Assembly: GCA_947478395.1 (NCBI GenBank)
Contig: CANJVR010000002.1
Coordinates: 192,001-256,000 of the forward strand
DNA length: 64,000 bases
Origin: Opitutia bacterium
GTDB lineage: Bacteria; Verrucomicrobiota; Verrucomicrobiia; Opitutales; Opitutaceae
Direction: 5' to 3'
Positions 37,083 to 46,531 of the stretch are shown here, piece by piece. Every line of letters begins with the position of its first letter. Position 1 is the stretch's first letter. Position numbers and translations under genes: made by a program. A model generated the notes under the pieces. It saw only the letters and a program-made list of their open reading frames with translations. It was not told where the DNA came from and did no database searches.

Positions 37083-37974
37083 TTATCGCGGTGACGCCGC
37101 CCTGACCCTTTCCACGCGGGCGCTCGAACTCACGGTTACGACGGGCGTCGGCCCGCGGGTGGTCGCTTTCGGCTCCACCGCGGGGCGCGCGGGAAATTTG
37201 TTTATTCAGTTCCCGCCTGGGATGCCGCGCGCCCACGGATATGAGCTGCGTGGCGGCCATCGCTTGTGGCATTCGCCGGAACACGTCGTGCGGACGTATC
37301 AGCCGGACGACGCGCCGCTCGCCGTGAAAGAATTGCCGAGCGGGGTCGCGCTCACGCAACCCGCGGAGGAAAAGACCGGATTTCAAAAAAGTCTGAAGCT
37401 CGAGTTCCAGGGCGAGCGCACCGTCAAAGTCACCCACACGCTCACCAACCGCGGGCTTTGGTCGGTGGAGTGTGCGCCGTGGGCGCTGACGATGTTCCGG
37501 CCCGGTGGCTATGGCGTGATTCCGCTGCTGCCCAAGGGCAATCATGCCGACGGCGATTTGCTGCCGAACTACGCGATCGTGCCGTGGACGTATACGGATT
37601 TGGCACTGCCGGTGTGGCAGCCGCACCGCGACTTTATTGGCATCGAGGTCAGCAAGGCTCCTACCGCGCAAAAACTCGGTCTCACGAATTACCCGGGCTG
37701 GTCGGCCTACTGGCTCGATGGCACGACCTTCGTGAAGCACGCCGCGGTCGTGCCCGGCGCGCGTTATCCCGATCTCGGCTGTTGCTTCGAAACGTTTACC
37801 AACGGCGAAATGATCGAATTGGAAACGCTGGGCGCGTTGACTTCGCTTGCGCCGGGAAAAAGTGCGACCCACGTGGAGCGCTGGACGGTGTTCGACGGAC
37901 TCGCGAAGCCGGACACCGATGAAACGTTTCAGAAACTCACGGCCGCGGTGACGCGGTGGTTGGCGAAGTTTTAG
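37063..37974 (+). CDS. Hypothetical protein, probable galactose-mutarotase-like fold
   Basis: VGPRVV, GGHRLWHSPE, YQPD, ELETLG; start GTG 37063 overlaps the der stop region. Confidence 0.75.
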   Translation: MKRSKTDYRGDAALTLSTRALELTVTTGVGPRVVAFGSTAGRAGNLFIQFPPGMPRAHGYELRGGHRLWHSPEHVVRTYQPDDAPLAVKELPSGVALTQPAEEKTGFQKSLKLEFQGERTVKVTHTLTNRGLWSVECAPWALTMFRPGGYGVIPLLPKGNHADGDLLPNYAIVPWTYTDLALPVWQPHRDFIGIEVSKAPTAQKLGLTNYPGWSAYWLDGTTFVKHAAVVPGARYPDLGCCFETFTNGEMIELETLGALTSLAPGKSATHVERWTVFDGLAKPDTDETFQKLTAAVTRWLAKF

Positions 37975-37990
37975 GCGCAAGAGTGGGTTG

Positions 37991-38264
37991 CCCACGGAAC
38001 ACCCGGACGACACGAAAACATTTGGGTGGTCTGCCGGCACCAGCGATGGCGCCGCTAGAGCGTCTTGAGTTTTCCCTGGCTGTATTGTGTAGCGGCAGGC
38101 GTCGCTGCCTGCCGTGTTCGGCGTCCTCGTTCCGGGCAGGCAGGGACCGACTGCCGCTGCCTCGTTAGCGGCTACGCTATTTGTTAAACCGCTCAAGGGG
38201 AGAAAATGGACCACGGGTGATCATATTTTGGATTCCGTTCCGTGTGATCCGTGTGTTCCGTGGG
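37991..38264. repeat. Inverted-repeat element with 9-nt periodic arms, interrupted by a MITE
   Basis: Left arm CCCACGGAACACCCGGACGACACGAAA; right arm reverse-complement CCCACGGAACACACGGATCACACGGAA. Confidence 0.75.
38056..38196 (+). mobile_element. MITE-like element, long form with REP doublet (copy 4)
   Basis: TAGAGCGTCTTGA ... TTAAACCGCTCAA; GTAGCGGCAGGCGTCGCTGCCTGCCG plus an inverted partner; 141 bp. Confidence 0.78.
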
Positions 38265-38274
38265 CTCCTCACTC

Positions 38275-39294
38275 ATGCCTGCCGTTCCGCTCCGCCTCGT
38301 CTTCCTCGGCTCCGACGCTATCGCGCAGCCTCTGCTCGATTGGCTGGCCGGCGAGGGCAGCGCTCACGCGCAACTGGTGGCAGTCTTCACGCAGCCGGAT
38401 CGGGCCGTCGGTCGCGGCCAAAAAGTAACGCCCAACGCGATCAAAACCTGGGCGCTCACGCATGGGCTTCCTGTGTTTCAGCCCGAAAAATTAACCGACG
38501 ACGTCCGCGCGCAGCTCGCTGCGCTTCAGCCCGACGTTTCCCTCGTGATGGCGTACGGCCACATTTTGCGGGAGGCCTTTATCGCGACGCCACGGCTCGG
38601 CACGTTGAATCTCCACACGTCGCTCCTCCCCAAATATCGGGGGGCGTCTCCGATCCAAACCGCGGTCGCGTGCGGCGAACGCGAAACCGGCGTGACCTTG
38701 ATGCGTATCGTACGGGAACTCGATGCGGGACCGCTGGCCGACGTGGAGCGCGTGAGTATTGCCCCGCTCGAAACGGCGCTCGATATCGAGGCTAAACTTT
38801 CCGCCGCCTGTGTGCCGCTCGTCGCGCGCACCCTTCCGCTCCTCGCGACGGGTTCGCTGCCGTTCACGGCTCAGGATCATGCTGCCGCGACGTTTTGCCG
38901 CCGTTTGGAAAAAGTGGATGGCGTCCTTAGTTTCGCCGAGCCGGCGGCGCAGCTCGCGGCGCGGATCAATGGCCTTTTCCCGTGGCCAACCTGCGTGATC
39001 GACCTTGATGGCCAGCCCGTGAAGTTGGGTCTGGCGGATAGTTTCGATGACGCTGCGACCGTCCGTGCTGAGGGTGCTCGCGCCGCCGGGACCATTCTTG
39101 GTTGCGATGAACACGGTTTGCTCGTGGCCACGCCCGACGGCGTGCTCCGCTTGCGCCGGCTCCAACGGCCGGGCGGACGGATGTTGCCGGCCGGAGAATT
39201 TCTCCGCGGTTTCCCGGTTGCGACGGGTACGCGCCTGGGTTCGCACGCGATGCCCTCGCTGTGCGGGAGCTCACCGTTTCCGTTTCGGCGTTAG
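38275..39294 (+). CDS. fmt: Methionyl-tRNA formyltransferase
   Basis: VFTQPDRAVGRG, AYGHIL, NLHTSLLPKYRGASPI, TGVTLM, LDAGP. Confidence 0.97.
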   Translation: MPAVPLRLVFLGSDAIAQPLLDWLAGEGSAHAQLVAVFTQPDRAVGRGQKVTPNAIKTWALTHGLPVFQPEKLTDDVRAQLAALQPDVSLVMAYGHILREAFIATPRLGTLNLHTSLLPKYRGASPIQTAVACGERETGVTLMRIVRELDAGPLADVERVSIAPLETALDIEAKLSAACVPLVARTLPLLATGSLPFTAQDHAAATFCRRLEKVDGVLSFAEPAAQLAARINGLFPWPTCVIDLDGQPVKLGLADSFDDAATVRAEGARAAGTILGCDEHGLLVATPDGVLRLRRLQRPGGRMLPAGEFLRGFPVATGTRLGSHAMPSLCGSSPFPFRR

Positions 39295-39374
39295 ATTTCG
39301 CGGGCCCGCGGGCGAGGATTGCCCGCCCAGGTGGACCCCCTCACCAGCTTCGTCGTGTCGTCTGGAAATTCCGG

Positions 39375-39581
39375 ATGACCCGTTACGGGAGGTTCCGGCC
39401 GAAATTGTCGCCGCCGTTGGTATCGTTAAACGTCGCCTGCGTTCTGATGAACCTGATGTTGGCGCTGCGGCCGGACAACGATCTCGGCTGCGTCTATTTC
39501 TACCGCGTGGCGGCGGTGATTTGGTTCTGGTTGACGCCGATCACGTTCATGCTGGGGCTGCGCTGGCGGCAGACCGCGTGA
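39375..39581 (+). CDS. Possible small membrane protein (68 aa)
   Basis: Two hydrophobic segments; fills the gap between fmt and the SDR gene; no family recognised. Confidence 0.4.
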   Translation: MTRYGRFRPKLSPPLVSLNVACVLMNLMLALRPDNDLGCVYFYRVAAVIWFWLTPITFMLGLRWRQTA

Positions 39582-39585
39582 CGAT

Positions 39586-40395
39586 TCACCAAGATGGAAT
39601 CGGCGCTTTCATTCCGTCGCGGATCCAAAGGAACTGACCGTTCACGGCGTTGTTTTTCGGTTCGAGCATTTCCAGCACGAGGTCGGCGGTTTTCTCCGCC
39701 GGATCCCCGCCGGTGCGCTCGACCTTGTCGGCCCATTTCAACATGTCGCGCCCGGGACCGGTGCGGGAATTCGCGTCGGCTTTGATGGCGGCCCACATCT
39801 CGGTCTTAACTTCTCCTGGGTGGAGCACATTGGCGGTCACACCCGTGCCGGCAAGTTCCTGCGCGAGCTGGCGCGTGAAATGATTCAGCGCGACTTTGCT
39901 CAGCTGGTAAGCCGACGAAACATTGTACACCGGCGCGAGCGCGGCGGCCGAACTCACATTGAAAATCCGGCCCCAACCGGCGCCGATCATCCCGCCCATG
40001 AACGCGCGACACACCAGATAAGGTGCGAACGTGTTGATGCGAACGGTCTCCATCCAGGTCTCGGGCGAGGATTCGCCGATGGTGAGGCACTCGCCGAACA
40101 GGCCGGCGCCGTTGAACAAAATTTGTGGAGCGCCGAAACGCTGCTCCACCGCGAGGCGGAGCGTCTCGACTGCGGCGGCGTCGGAAACATCGCAGGGAAA
40201 TGCCGCCGCCGTACCGCCTGCGGCGGCAATCTCGTGGGCGACGCGATCGAGCACGACCTTGCGCCGGCCGACTAAGGCGACGGCCATTCCTTGCTGTGCG
40301 ATGGCGCGCGCCACGGCTTCGCCGACGCCACTCCCGGCTCCGGTGACGAGGGCGGTTACTTTTCGGTTCAGGGGTGGCGTGGTGGTGGGAGTCAT
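39586..40395 (-). CDS. Short-chain dehydrogenase/reductase
   Basis: TGAGSGVG, CDVSD, NGAG, NVSS, YQLSK, HPG. Confidence 0.95.
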   Translation of the reverse strand: MTPTTTPPLNRKVTALVTGAGSGVGEAVARAIAQQGMAVALVGRRKVVLDRVAHEIAAAGGTAAAFPCDVSDAAAVETLRLAVEQRFGAPQILFNGAGLFGECLTIGESSPETWMETVRINTFAPYLVCRAFMGGMIGAGWGRIFNVSSAAALAPVYNVSSAYQLSKVALNHFTRQLAQELAGTGVTANVLHPGEVKTEMWAAIKADANSRTGPGRDMLKWADKVERTGGDPAEKTADLVLEMLEPKNNAVNGQFLWIRDGMKAPIPSW

Positions 40396-40482
40396 GGTGT
40401 AAGGCGCGATTGGGAGGCGTGTATGATGTGAAACGTTGAGCCGGACTTTGCCAACACCGCCGGTGTTGCGGCCAGAATGCGG

Positions 40483-40541
40483 GTAGCGGCACGCGTGAGC
40501 GTTGGGGAGGAGACCATCGCAAGCCTCACGGCGTCCGCTAG
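40483..40541. repeat. GTAG-type REP doublet (degenerate)
   Basis: GTAGCGGCACGCGTGAG ... CTCACGGCGTCCGCTAG. Confidence 0.5.
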
Positions 40542-40628
40542 GCGGAAAATGTCCTAGGTCCCGCCGCTTATGCGATAGACTTCACGGCGCGCGTTTAATC
40601 ATGCTCGGGATCAACCCCCGCCCCAGAG

Positions 40629-41870
40629 ATGAAAATATTTTATCCGTCGCTCCTACTTTTGACATTCGCTGCTTCCGTGGTCCACGCCGCTCCGCCATCG
40701 CTCGTGAAACCGGAAACGGTGGGCTTGTCGTCCGAACGTCTGGCCCGGATCGGGCCTTTTGTGGAGCGCTTGCAGGCGGAAAACAAAATCGCGGGCGCGG
40801 TCACCGTGGTCGCCCGGCGCGGACAAGTGGTGCAGTTTGAGGCCCACGGTTTTTCGGATTTGGAAACCAAGCGGCCCATGCGCACCGACGATATCTTCGC
40901 AATGGCTTCGATGTCGAAGCCGGTTGCCACCGTCGCCGTCTTGATCCTGCTCGAGGAGCAACGGCTTTTGCTGACGGACCCGTTGGAGAAATTTCTGCCC
41001 GCGTTTCGCGATCGTAAAGTAGCCGTGGCCAAAGCCGGTGCGCCGAGCGGCTATGAACTCGTGCCGGCCGAACGCAGTATCACGATTCAAGATTTGCTGG
41101 CGCACCGATCCGGGTTTCCCGGCCAGCCTAACGACCAGCGTCCGGCGGCGACATTGTGGCGCGACGGAACAAGTTCGCTGCCGAAAGATCCGTTGCTGGC
41201 CGAGTACGTCGATCAACTCGCGACGCTCCCGCTCAACGCGCAGCCCGGCGCCGAATGGCGTTACGGCGCATCGACCGTCGTATTGGGACGCGTGATCGAA
41301 GTCGTGTCCGGAAAGCCGTTGGACGTTTTTCTGCGCGAGAAAATTTTCGGACCGCTGGGGATGGTCGACACGGGCTTTAGCGTACCGCCGGAAAAACTGA
41401 GCCGCCTCGTCTCAATCTATGCGCGTTCGGCGGGAAAGGGACTCGTGAAGGCTGCAGCGCCCGCGACGTCGCCGAAATTTCTGTCGGCGAGCGGTGGGCT
41501 GTTTTCAACGCCCCCCGACTATCTGCGGTTCGCGCTCATGCTCGCCAACGGGGGCGCACTCGACGGTCACCGCCTACTCGGTCGGAAAACGATTGAGCTG
41601 ATCAACGCACCGCTGACGGATCAGATCCCGCTGCCGTTTTTGCGCGGACAGGGTTTCGGCCTGAACGCCGCGGTGCTCAAGGTCGGGGGTGAAGCGGGAC
41701 TGCTCGGTTCGCCGGGCACCTATGGCTGGGCCGGCTCGTACAACACCTATTTCCGGATCGATCCGCAGGAGAAAATCGTGCTCGCGATTTTTCAGCAGCA
41801 GACCCCGGCGAACGATCAGGAGAGCACCTACGGTTTTCAGAACCTCGTGATGCAGGCCGTGGTGGATTGA
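40629..41870 (+). CDS. Exported serine hydrolase (beta-lactamase class C-like)
   Basis: Signal peptide, SMSK (SxxK), LLAHRSG, QPGAEWRYG, PLGMVDT, GGLFST, YGWAG. Confidence 0.93.
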   Translation: MKIFYPSLLLLTFAASVVHAAPPSLVKPETVGLSSERLARIGPFVERLQAENKIAGAVTVVARRGQVVQFEAHGFSDLETKRPMRTDDIFAMASMSKPVATVAVLILLEEQRLLLTDPLEKFLPAFRDRKVAVAKAGAPSGYELVPAERSITIQDLLAHRSGFPGQPNDQRPAATLWRDGTSSLPKDPLLAEYVDQLATLPLNAQPGAEWRYGASTVVLGRVIEVVSGKPLDVFLREKIFGPLGMVDTGFSVPPEKLSRLVSIYARSAGKGLVKAAAPATSPKFLSASGGLFSTPPDYLRFALMLANGGALDGHRLLGRKTIELINAPLTDQIPLPFLRGQGFGLNAAVLKVGGEAGLLGSPGTYGWAGSYNTYFRIDPQEKIVLAIFQQQTPANDQESTYGFQNLVMQAVVD

Positions 41871-41925
41871 CGTTCGGTGAGTCGCGCGGTCCTTCAGCCC
41901 GCGGGCCGAGACTCAAACCGCGGGT

Positions 41926-42067
41926 TAGAGCCGTTTAATCGAAAGCGTAGCGCCTAACGACGTAGCGGCGGGAGTCCCCGCCTGCCGAAACCAGGACGTC
42001 GAAGCCGGCAGGCAGAGACGCCTGCCGCCCCGTAAAACGGCCACGGAAAAACTCAAGCCGTGGCCTA
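41926..42067 (-). mobile_element. MITE-like element, long form (copy 5), inserted in a REP doublet spanning 41881-42081
   Basis: TAGAGCCGTTTAA end; reverse-complement matches copy 4 throughout; the flanks rejoin into an inverted repeat. Confidence 0.8.
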
Positions 42068-42096
42068 AGGCACCGCGCTACTGCGGACATCGCCCG

Positions 42097-43143
42097 TCAC
42101 TCGGTCCTTTGATCGCTCGCGCCTTGAAAGTAATCGGCGTGCGGTCCGAGCAGCGCCAGGACCTCCGCCGTGGCGGAATTCAGTTGCGCGAGTTGAGCGG
42201 CGGATAGCCGGCGTTCGGCGGCGTGAAGATTTCCGGCGAGTTGTGCGGCGTTGCGGGAGCCCGCCAGCACGCAAGTGATCGCGGGGTCGGCAAGGGCCCA
42301 TGCGATTGCCAGTTCGCCGATCGGAATACCCGCGTCGTCGGCGATCTGCGCGATGGCCGCGAGCGCCGCTTGGGTCTGCGGTTCGATCCCGGCTTCGCCG
42401 TGACGCGAACCGGTGCGATGACCGGCAAAGTGGCGCGTGCGCGTACGGATTGGCGGCAGTTCGTCGAAGGAGGAAACGCGTTTCGACAGCACACCCTGCA
42501 TCAGCGTCATGTAGCCGAGGATGCCGATGCCGGCTGCACGACAGTAGGGAATGATCTCCGCCTCGATGCCGCGCATGAGCAGGTTGTAGGCGAGTTCGTT
42601 GACGGCGATCTGCACGCCGGTCGCGCGTGCTTCGGTCATCTGCTTCACGCCGAAATTACTGACGCCGATGTGCCTGATTTTTCCTTCCCGTTGCAGGGCG
42701 GCGAGGGTTTGAAACGCCTCGGCGGTTTGAGGCGGGTGGGCGAGCAGCGTGGGGTCGGCGGTGTAATGGCGCAGGGAGTTCGCATTGATGGGCCAGTGCA
42801 CCATGTAGACGTCGAGGTAGTCGGTTTGCAGGCGATGCAGACTCGCCTCGCATTTTGCCCGCAGCACGGATGGCGCTGTATGGTTGGGACTGATTTTGCT
42901 GCCGATGATCGCGCGATCGCGGCGGCCTTTGAGCGCGAGGCCGAGCGAGGTTTCGCTGGTCCCGTGGTTATACATTTCGGCGGTGTCGAAATAGTTCACG
43001 CCGGCGTCGAGCGCGGAAGCGACGACGGCATCGACGTCCTGCTGGCTTTGCGCGCCCCAATAATCGCCGCCTCCGAACGACCAGCAGCCGAGCCCGATGA
43101 CGGGCAGTTTCAGAGAAGTTTTTCCGCAGTGGCGCGTTTCCAT
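42097..43143 (-). CDS. Aldo/keto reductase
   Basis: IGLGCW, FDTAEMY, SLHRLQTDYLD, VHWP, GKIRHIGVSNF. Confidence 0.95.
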   Translation of the reverse strand: METRHCGKTSLKLPVIGLGCWSFGGGDYWGAQSQQDVDAVVASALDAGVNYFDTAEMYNHGTSETSLGLALKGRRDRAIIGSKISPNHTAPSVLRAKCEASLHRLQTDYLDVYMVHWPINANSLRHYTADPTLLAHPPQTAEAFQTLAALQREGKIRHIGVSNFGVKQMTEARATGVQIAVNELAYNLLMRGIEAEIIPYCRAAGIGILGYMTLMQGVLSKRVSSFDELPPIRTRTRHFAGHRTGSRHGEAGIEPQTQAALAAIAQIADDAGIPIGELAIAWALADPAITCVLAGSRNAAQLAGNLHAAERRLSAAQLAQLNSATAEVLALLGPHADYFQGASDQRTE

Positions 43144-43369
43144 GGCGTCGTAGCCGGTGAGCCAACGATCGATCGGGATATGCGGCGAGGAAAACTTGGA
43201 GAGTTTTGGGAATGCTCACGCGCGTGCGTTTTAGTGACCGGTTTTTAATCGGCACCGCTTATGCGGTAGGGCCACCTGATCGATCACGCGTGTCTCCTCC
43301 GAAGTACGCAGGCGATCGCGCGGCGAGGTGTCACCTCGAAGGGGGTTCAGGATCAGAAGCGCGGCCGCG

Positions 43370-45664
43370 TTAGCCGGAGAAAGCGGCGGCGATTTTTTCG
43401 CGGAGGTGTGTGATCCGTTGTTTTGATTCGCTGTTGCGGACGGCCATCGCGTAAGCGGCGGGCTCGCCGACGAGGAAAACTTTTTTCCGTCCGCGGGTGA
43501 TCGCGGTATAAATCAGGTTTCGCTGGAGCATCATGAAATGCGCCTTGAGCAACGGGACGATCACCACCGGGTATTCGCTGCCCTGCGATTTGTGGATGCT
43601 GATGGTGTAGGCGAGGGCGAGGTCGTTGAACTCACCGCGCTCGAACGTGTGCAGGTCGCCGTCGAAGTCGGCGGTGAAGCTGCCGCGCTCGGCGTTCACG
43701 GCGGTGATGAGACCGATGTCACCGTTAAAGAGGTTTTTGTCGTAGTTGTTGCGGAGCTGAATGACTTTGTCGCCCGCGCGGAATTCGCCGGAAGGTGTGC
43801 GCAGCCCTTTCGCGCCCGGCGGAAGCGGATTAAGTGCGCCCTGCAGCTGCGCGTTCAAATTACCGACGCCGGCGACGCCCTTGTGCATCGGGGCGAGGAC
43901 TTGTACGTCGGCGATGGGATGCGGCCACTTGAGTTTTTGTGGAATGAACGCGGTGCAGAGCTCGATGGTTTTGCGGACGCAATCCTCGGCGTCGGTGGCG
44001 GTGATGAAAGTTAGGTCGGACCATACTTGGACGGCCGCGACTTCGTTGACGGCGGGTGGGAGCGAAGGATCGCCGGCGTTGATGGCGTGGGCGGTTGTGA
44101 CGATTTCACTTTGGCCCTGCTGGCGAAAAATGACGGAGAGGCGCGTGACGGCGGCGGCTGACGCGATTTGAGTTTTGAGATTCGAGAGTTGAGCTTCGGA
44201 GGTCGCGATCAGGTCCTTGAGAATGTTGCCCGCGCCGACGCTGGGCAGCTGATCGGTGTCGCCGACGAGCAGGAGATGGGCGCGGGAAGGAACGGCCTGG
44301 AGCAGCGCAGCGGCGAGGCGCGTATCGAGCATCGAGGCTTCGTCGAGAATCAGAAAATCTGTGGCGAGCGGGGTCGACTCGTTGGAAATAAAACCGCCGG
44401 TGGCCGGGTCGTATTTGAGCAGCCGGTGAATCGTGGTGGCAAAACCGCCGGTGGTGGCGGCGAGGCGTTGCGCGGCGCGGCCGGTAGGGGCGGCCAGGTG
44501 CACGCGGACCTTTTTCGCTTTCAGGATTTCGACGAGCGCGCGCAGGATCGTGGTTTTGCCCGTGCCGGGTCCGCCGGTGAGAATCGTGACCTTGTGCGTG
44601 AGCGCGTTTTTGAGGGCGGTGCGCTGGAGATCGGCGAAGGTGAAGCCGGCCTTTTTCTCGGCCCACTCGACCGCGGCGTCGGCTTTGATCGGCGGCAAGC
44701 CGCTGGCGACCCGCGTGAGGCGGGCGACGGTCGCGGCGATTTTTTGTTCGGCGCGGTGGTTGTGCGGGAGCTGAATTAGCGCGGGGCGCTGATCCGGCTT
44801 GGTTTCGGGTTTCGACGGTGCTCCGAGAGGGTGGCGGACGACGGCCTTCGACTCGACGAGGGCGGCGATGCGGGCGGTGACGAGATTTGAGTCGGTCTCG
44901 AGTTGGAGGGCCGAGTGCGCGATGAGATCCGTTTCGAGAAAGGCGGTGTGACCTTCCTCCTGGAGGGTTTCGAGCGCGTAAATTAGGCCGGCGTCGAGGC
45001 GGGGCGCGGCATCGTTGGCGAATCCGAGATTGATCGCGATGCGGTCGGCGGTTTTGAAACCGATGCCATCAATTTCACGGGCCACGCGATAAGGCTCAGT
45101 GGTGAGAATCGTTTTGGCCTCCGCGCCGTATTTGCCGACGAGCTTCACGCATTGGCTCGGCGTGACGCCGTAGGTTTGAAGGAAAATATACAGTTCACGT
45201 TCCGTGCGTTTCGAATCCCAGGCGGTCTTGATCGCGCCCGCGCGCTTTTTGCCGATGCCGTCGACGTTGCGCAGCCGGCCGGATTCCTCGCTGAGGATGC
45301 GAAACGTGTCGGTGCCGAAAGCGTCGACGATTTTGTTGGCGTAGACTTTGCCGATGCCCGGCACGAGGCCGCTGCCGAGATATTTGCGGATGCCGTAGAC
45401 GCTCGCAGGCAGTTCGCTTTTAAAACCTACGACCTTGAATTGTGCTCCGTGCTGGGCGTGACGCGTCCACTCGCCGGTGAGATGGAGGGTCTCGCCGCAT
45501 TCCACGCCGGGTAGGGCGCCAACGATCGTGACCTTTTCATTTTTCTCGTCGGCGGCGGGTCGAAGGTCGGGCCGAAACTCGGCAATCGTGTAGTGATTCT
45601 CCTCGTTGAGAAATACGATGCGCTCGAGAACGCCGGTGAGCGTGGAAGAAGCAGGGGAAGCCAC
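43370..45664 (-). CDS. recD2: ATP-dependent RecD-like DNA helicase
   Basis: N-terminal OB and HhH regions (GIGK), GGPGTGKT, APTGRAA, DEASM, GDTDQLPSVGAG, FNGDIG, SIHKSQGSE, YTAITR. Confidence 0.96.
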   Translation of the reverse strand: MASPASSTLTGVLERIVFLNEENHYTIAEFRPDLRPAADEKNEKVTIVGALPGVECGETLHLTGEWTRHAQHGAQFKVVGFKSELPASVYGIRKYLGSGLVPGIGKVYANKIVDAFGTDTFRILSEESGRLRNVDGIGKKRAGAIKTAWDSKRTERELYIFLQTYGVTPSQCVKLVGKYGAEAKTILTTEPYRVAREIDGIGFKTADRIAINLGFANDAAPRLDAGLIYALETLQEEGHTAFLETDLIAHSALQLETDSNLVTARIAALVESKAVVRHPLGAPSKPETKPDQRPALIQLPHNHRAEQKIAATVARLTRVASGLPPIKADAAVEWAEKKAGFTFADLQRTALKNALTHKVTILTGGPGTGKTTILRALVEILKAKKVRVHLAAPTGRAAQRLAATTGGFATTIHRLLKYDPATGGFISNESTPLATDFLILDEASMLDTRLAAALLQAVPSRAHLLLVGDTDQLPSVGAGNILKDLIATSEAQLSNLKTQIASAAAVTRLSVIFRQQGQSEIVTTAHAINAGDPSLPPAVNEVAAVQVWSDLTFITATDAEDCVRKTIELCTAFIPQKLKWPHPIADVQVLAPMHKGVAGVGNLNAQLQGALNPLPPGAKGLRTPSGEFRAGDKVIQLRNNYDKNLFNGDIGLITAVNAERGSFTADFDGDLHTFERGEFNDLALAYTISIHKSQGSEYPVVIVPLLKAHFMMLQRNLIYTAITRGRKKVFLVGEPAAYAMAVRNSESKQRITHLREKIAAAFSG

Positions 45665-45855
45665 GACGGAGGGAAGGCGGGTGTCAGGGGCCGACGATTT
45701 CTCCGGGCCGGCCTTTGGCCGTTGAATCGCCGCAGGTAAACAGCCTGGCCGGGTGGGTCATGGTGCTACCGTGGCGTGGGAGAAAACACCGTCAAGCATC
45801 GCAGGGAGCATAAACGGGTGTTGCGCGGCGATCGGGGAAGGCCCATCCCCGGAAG

Positions 45856-46317
45856 ATGAGCGATGTCGTCACCAGTTCGTTTTTACCCGTGATTCAACTC
45901 GCGGTGACGCCGGTGATTTTACTGTCCGGCGTAGGCGCGCTGATGATTACGCTGACGAACCGCATGGGGCGCATCGTCGATCGCACGCGCAGTCTAGCGG
46001 GGCAAGTGCGCGGCGCGGCCGAGCCGGATCGCGATCATTTCAACGGTCAGTTGGGGATCATGTGGCGGCGGGCAAAACTCATCCGGCTGGCGGTGACGCT
46101 CGCCGCACTGAGCATGCTGCTTTCCTGTTTACTGGTGATGGTGATCTTCATCGATGCGTCGATTCATCGGGAGTTCGGTCTGGAAATGGTCGTGATCTTC
46201 TCGGCGAGCATCGGGTGCCTGATCGCTTCGTTGCTCGCGTTTTTGCGCGATATCTGGATGTCGCTTTGGGCTTTGGGCATAGAGGTGCATCGGGCGCGGC
46301 CCGGGGCGACGGGGTGA
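45856..46317 (+). CDS. DUF2721-like membrane protein
   Basis: IQLAVTPVILLSGVG...TNRMGRIVDR...RRAKLI; three TM segments. Confidence 0.85.
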   Translation: MSDVVTSSFLPVIQLAVTPVILLSGVGALMITLTNRMGRIVDRTRSLAGQVRGAAEPDRDHFNGQLGIMWRRAKLIRLAVTLAALSMLLSCLLVMVIFIDASIHREFGLEMVVIFSASIGCLIASLLAFLRDIWMSLWALGIEVHRARPGATG

Positions 46318-46531
46318 GTCGTGATAGAAAATTGCGTTTCGCAATGAGCGGAACGCGGGAGCGTTGCGGCGCGGACCGGCGTAAGCCCAGGTCGCCTTAG
46401 GCGCCCTTTACGGTCTTAGCGGGCACGTGGCCGTTGAAAGGAAAGCCCCCGCCTTGTTTTGTTTTCACTTCTGCGGTGACGTCGTAGGTCTTTCCGCTTG
46501 CGGCCGCTCGGGTGCGCGCCCAAGAACTGTC

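Noticed and set aside
40629..41870. Antibiotic-resistance beta-lactamase
   Set aside because: Motifs fit generic serine hydrolases/esterases of this fold (no KTG triad); resistance cannot be supported.
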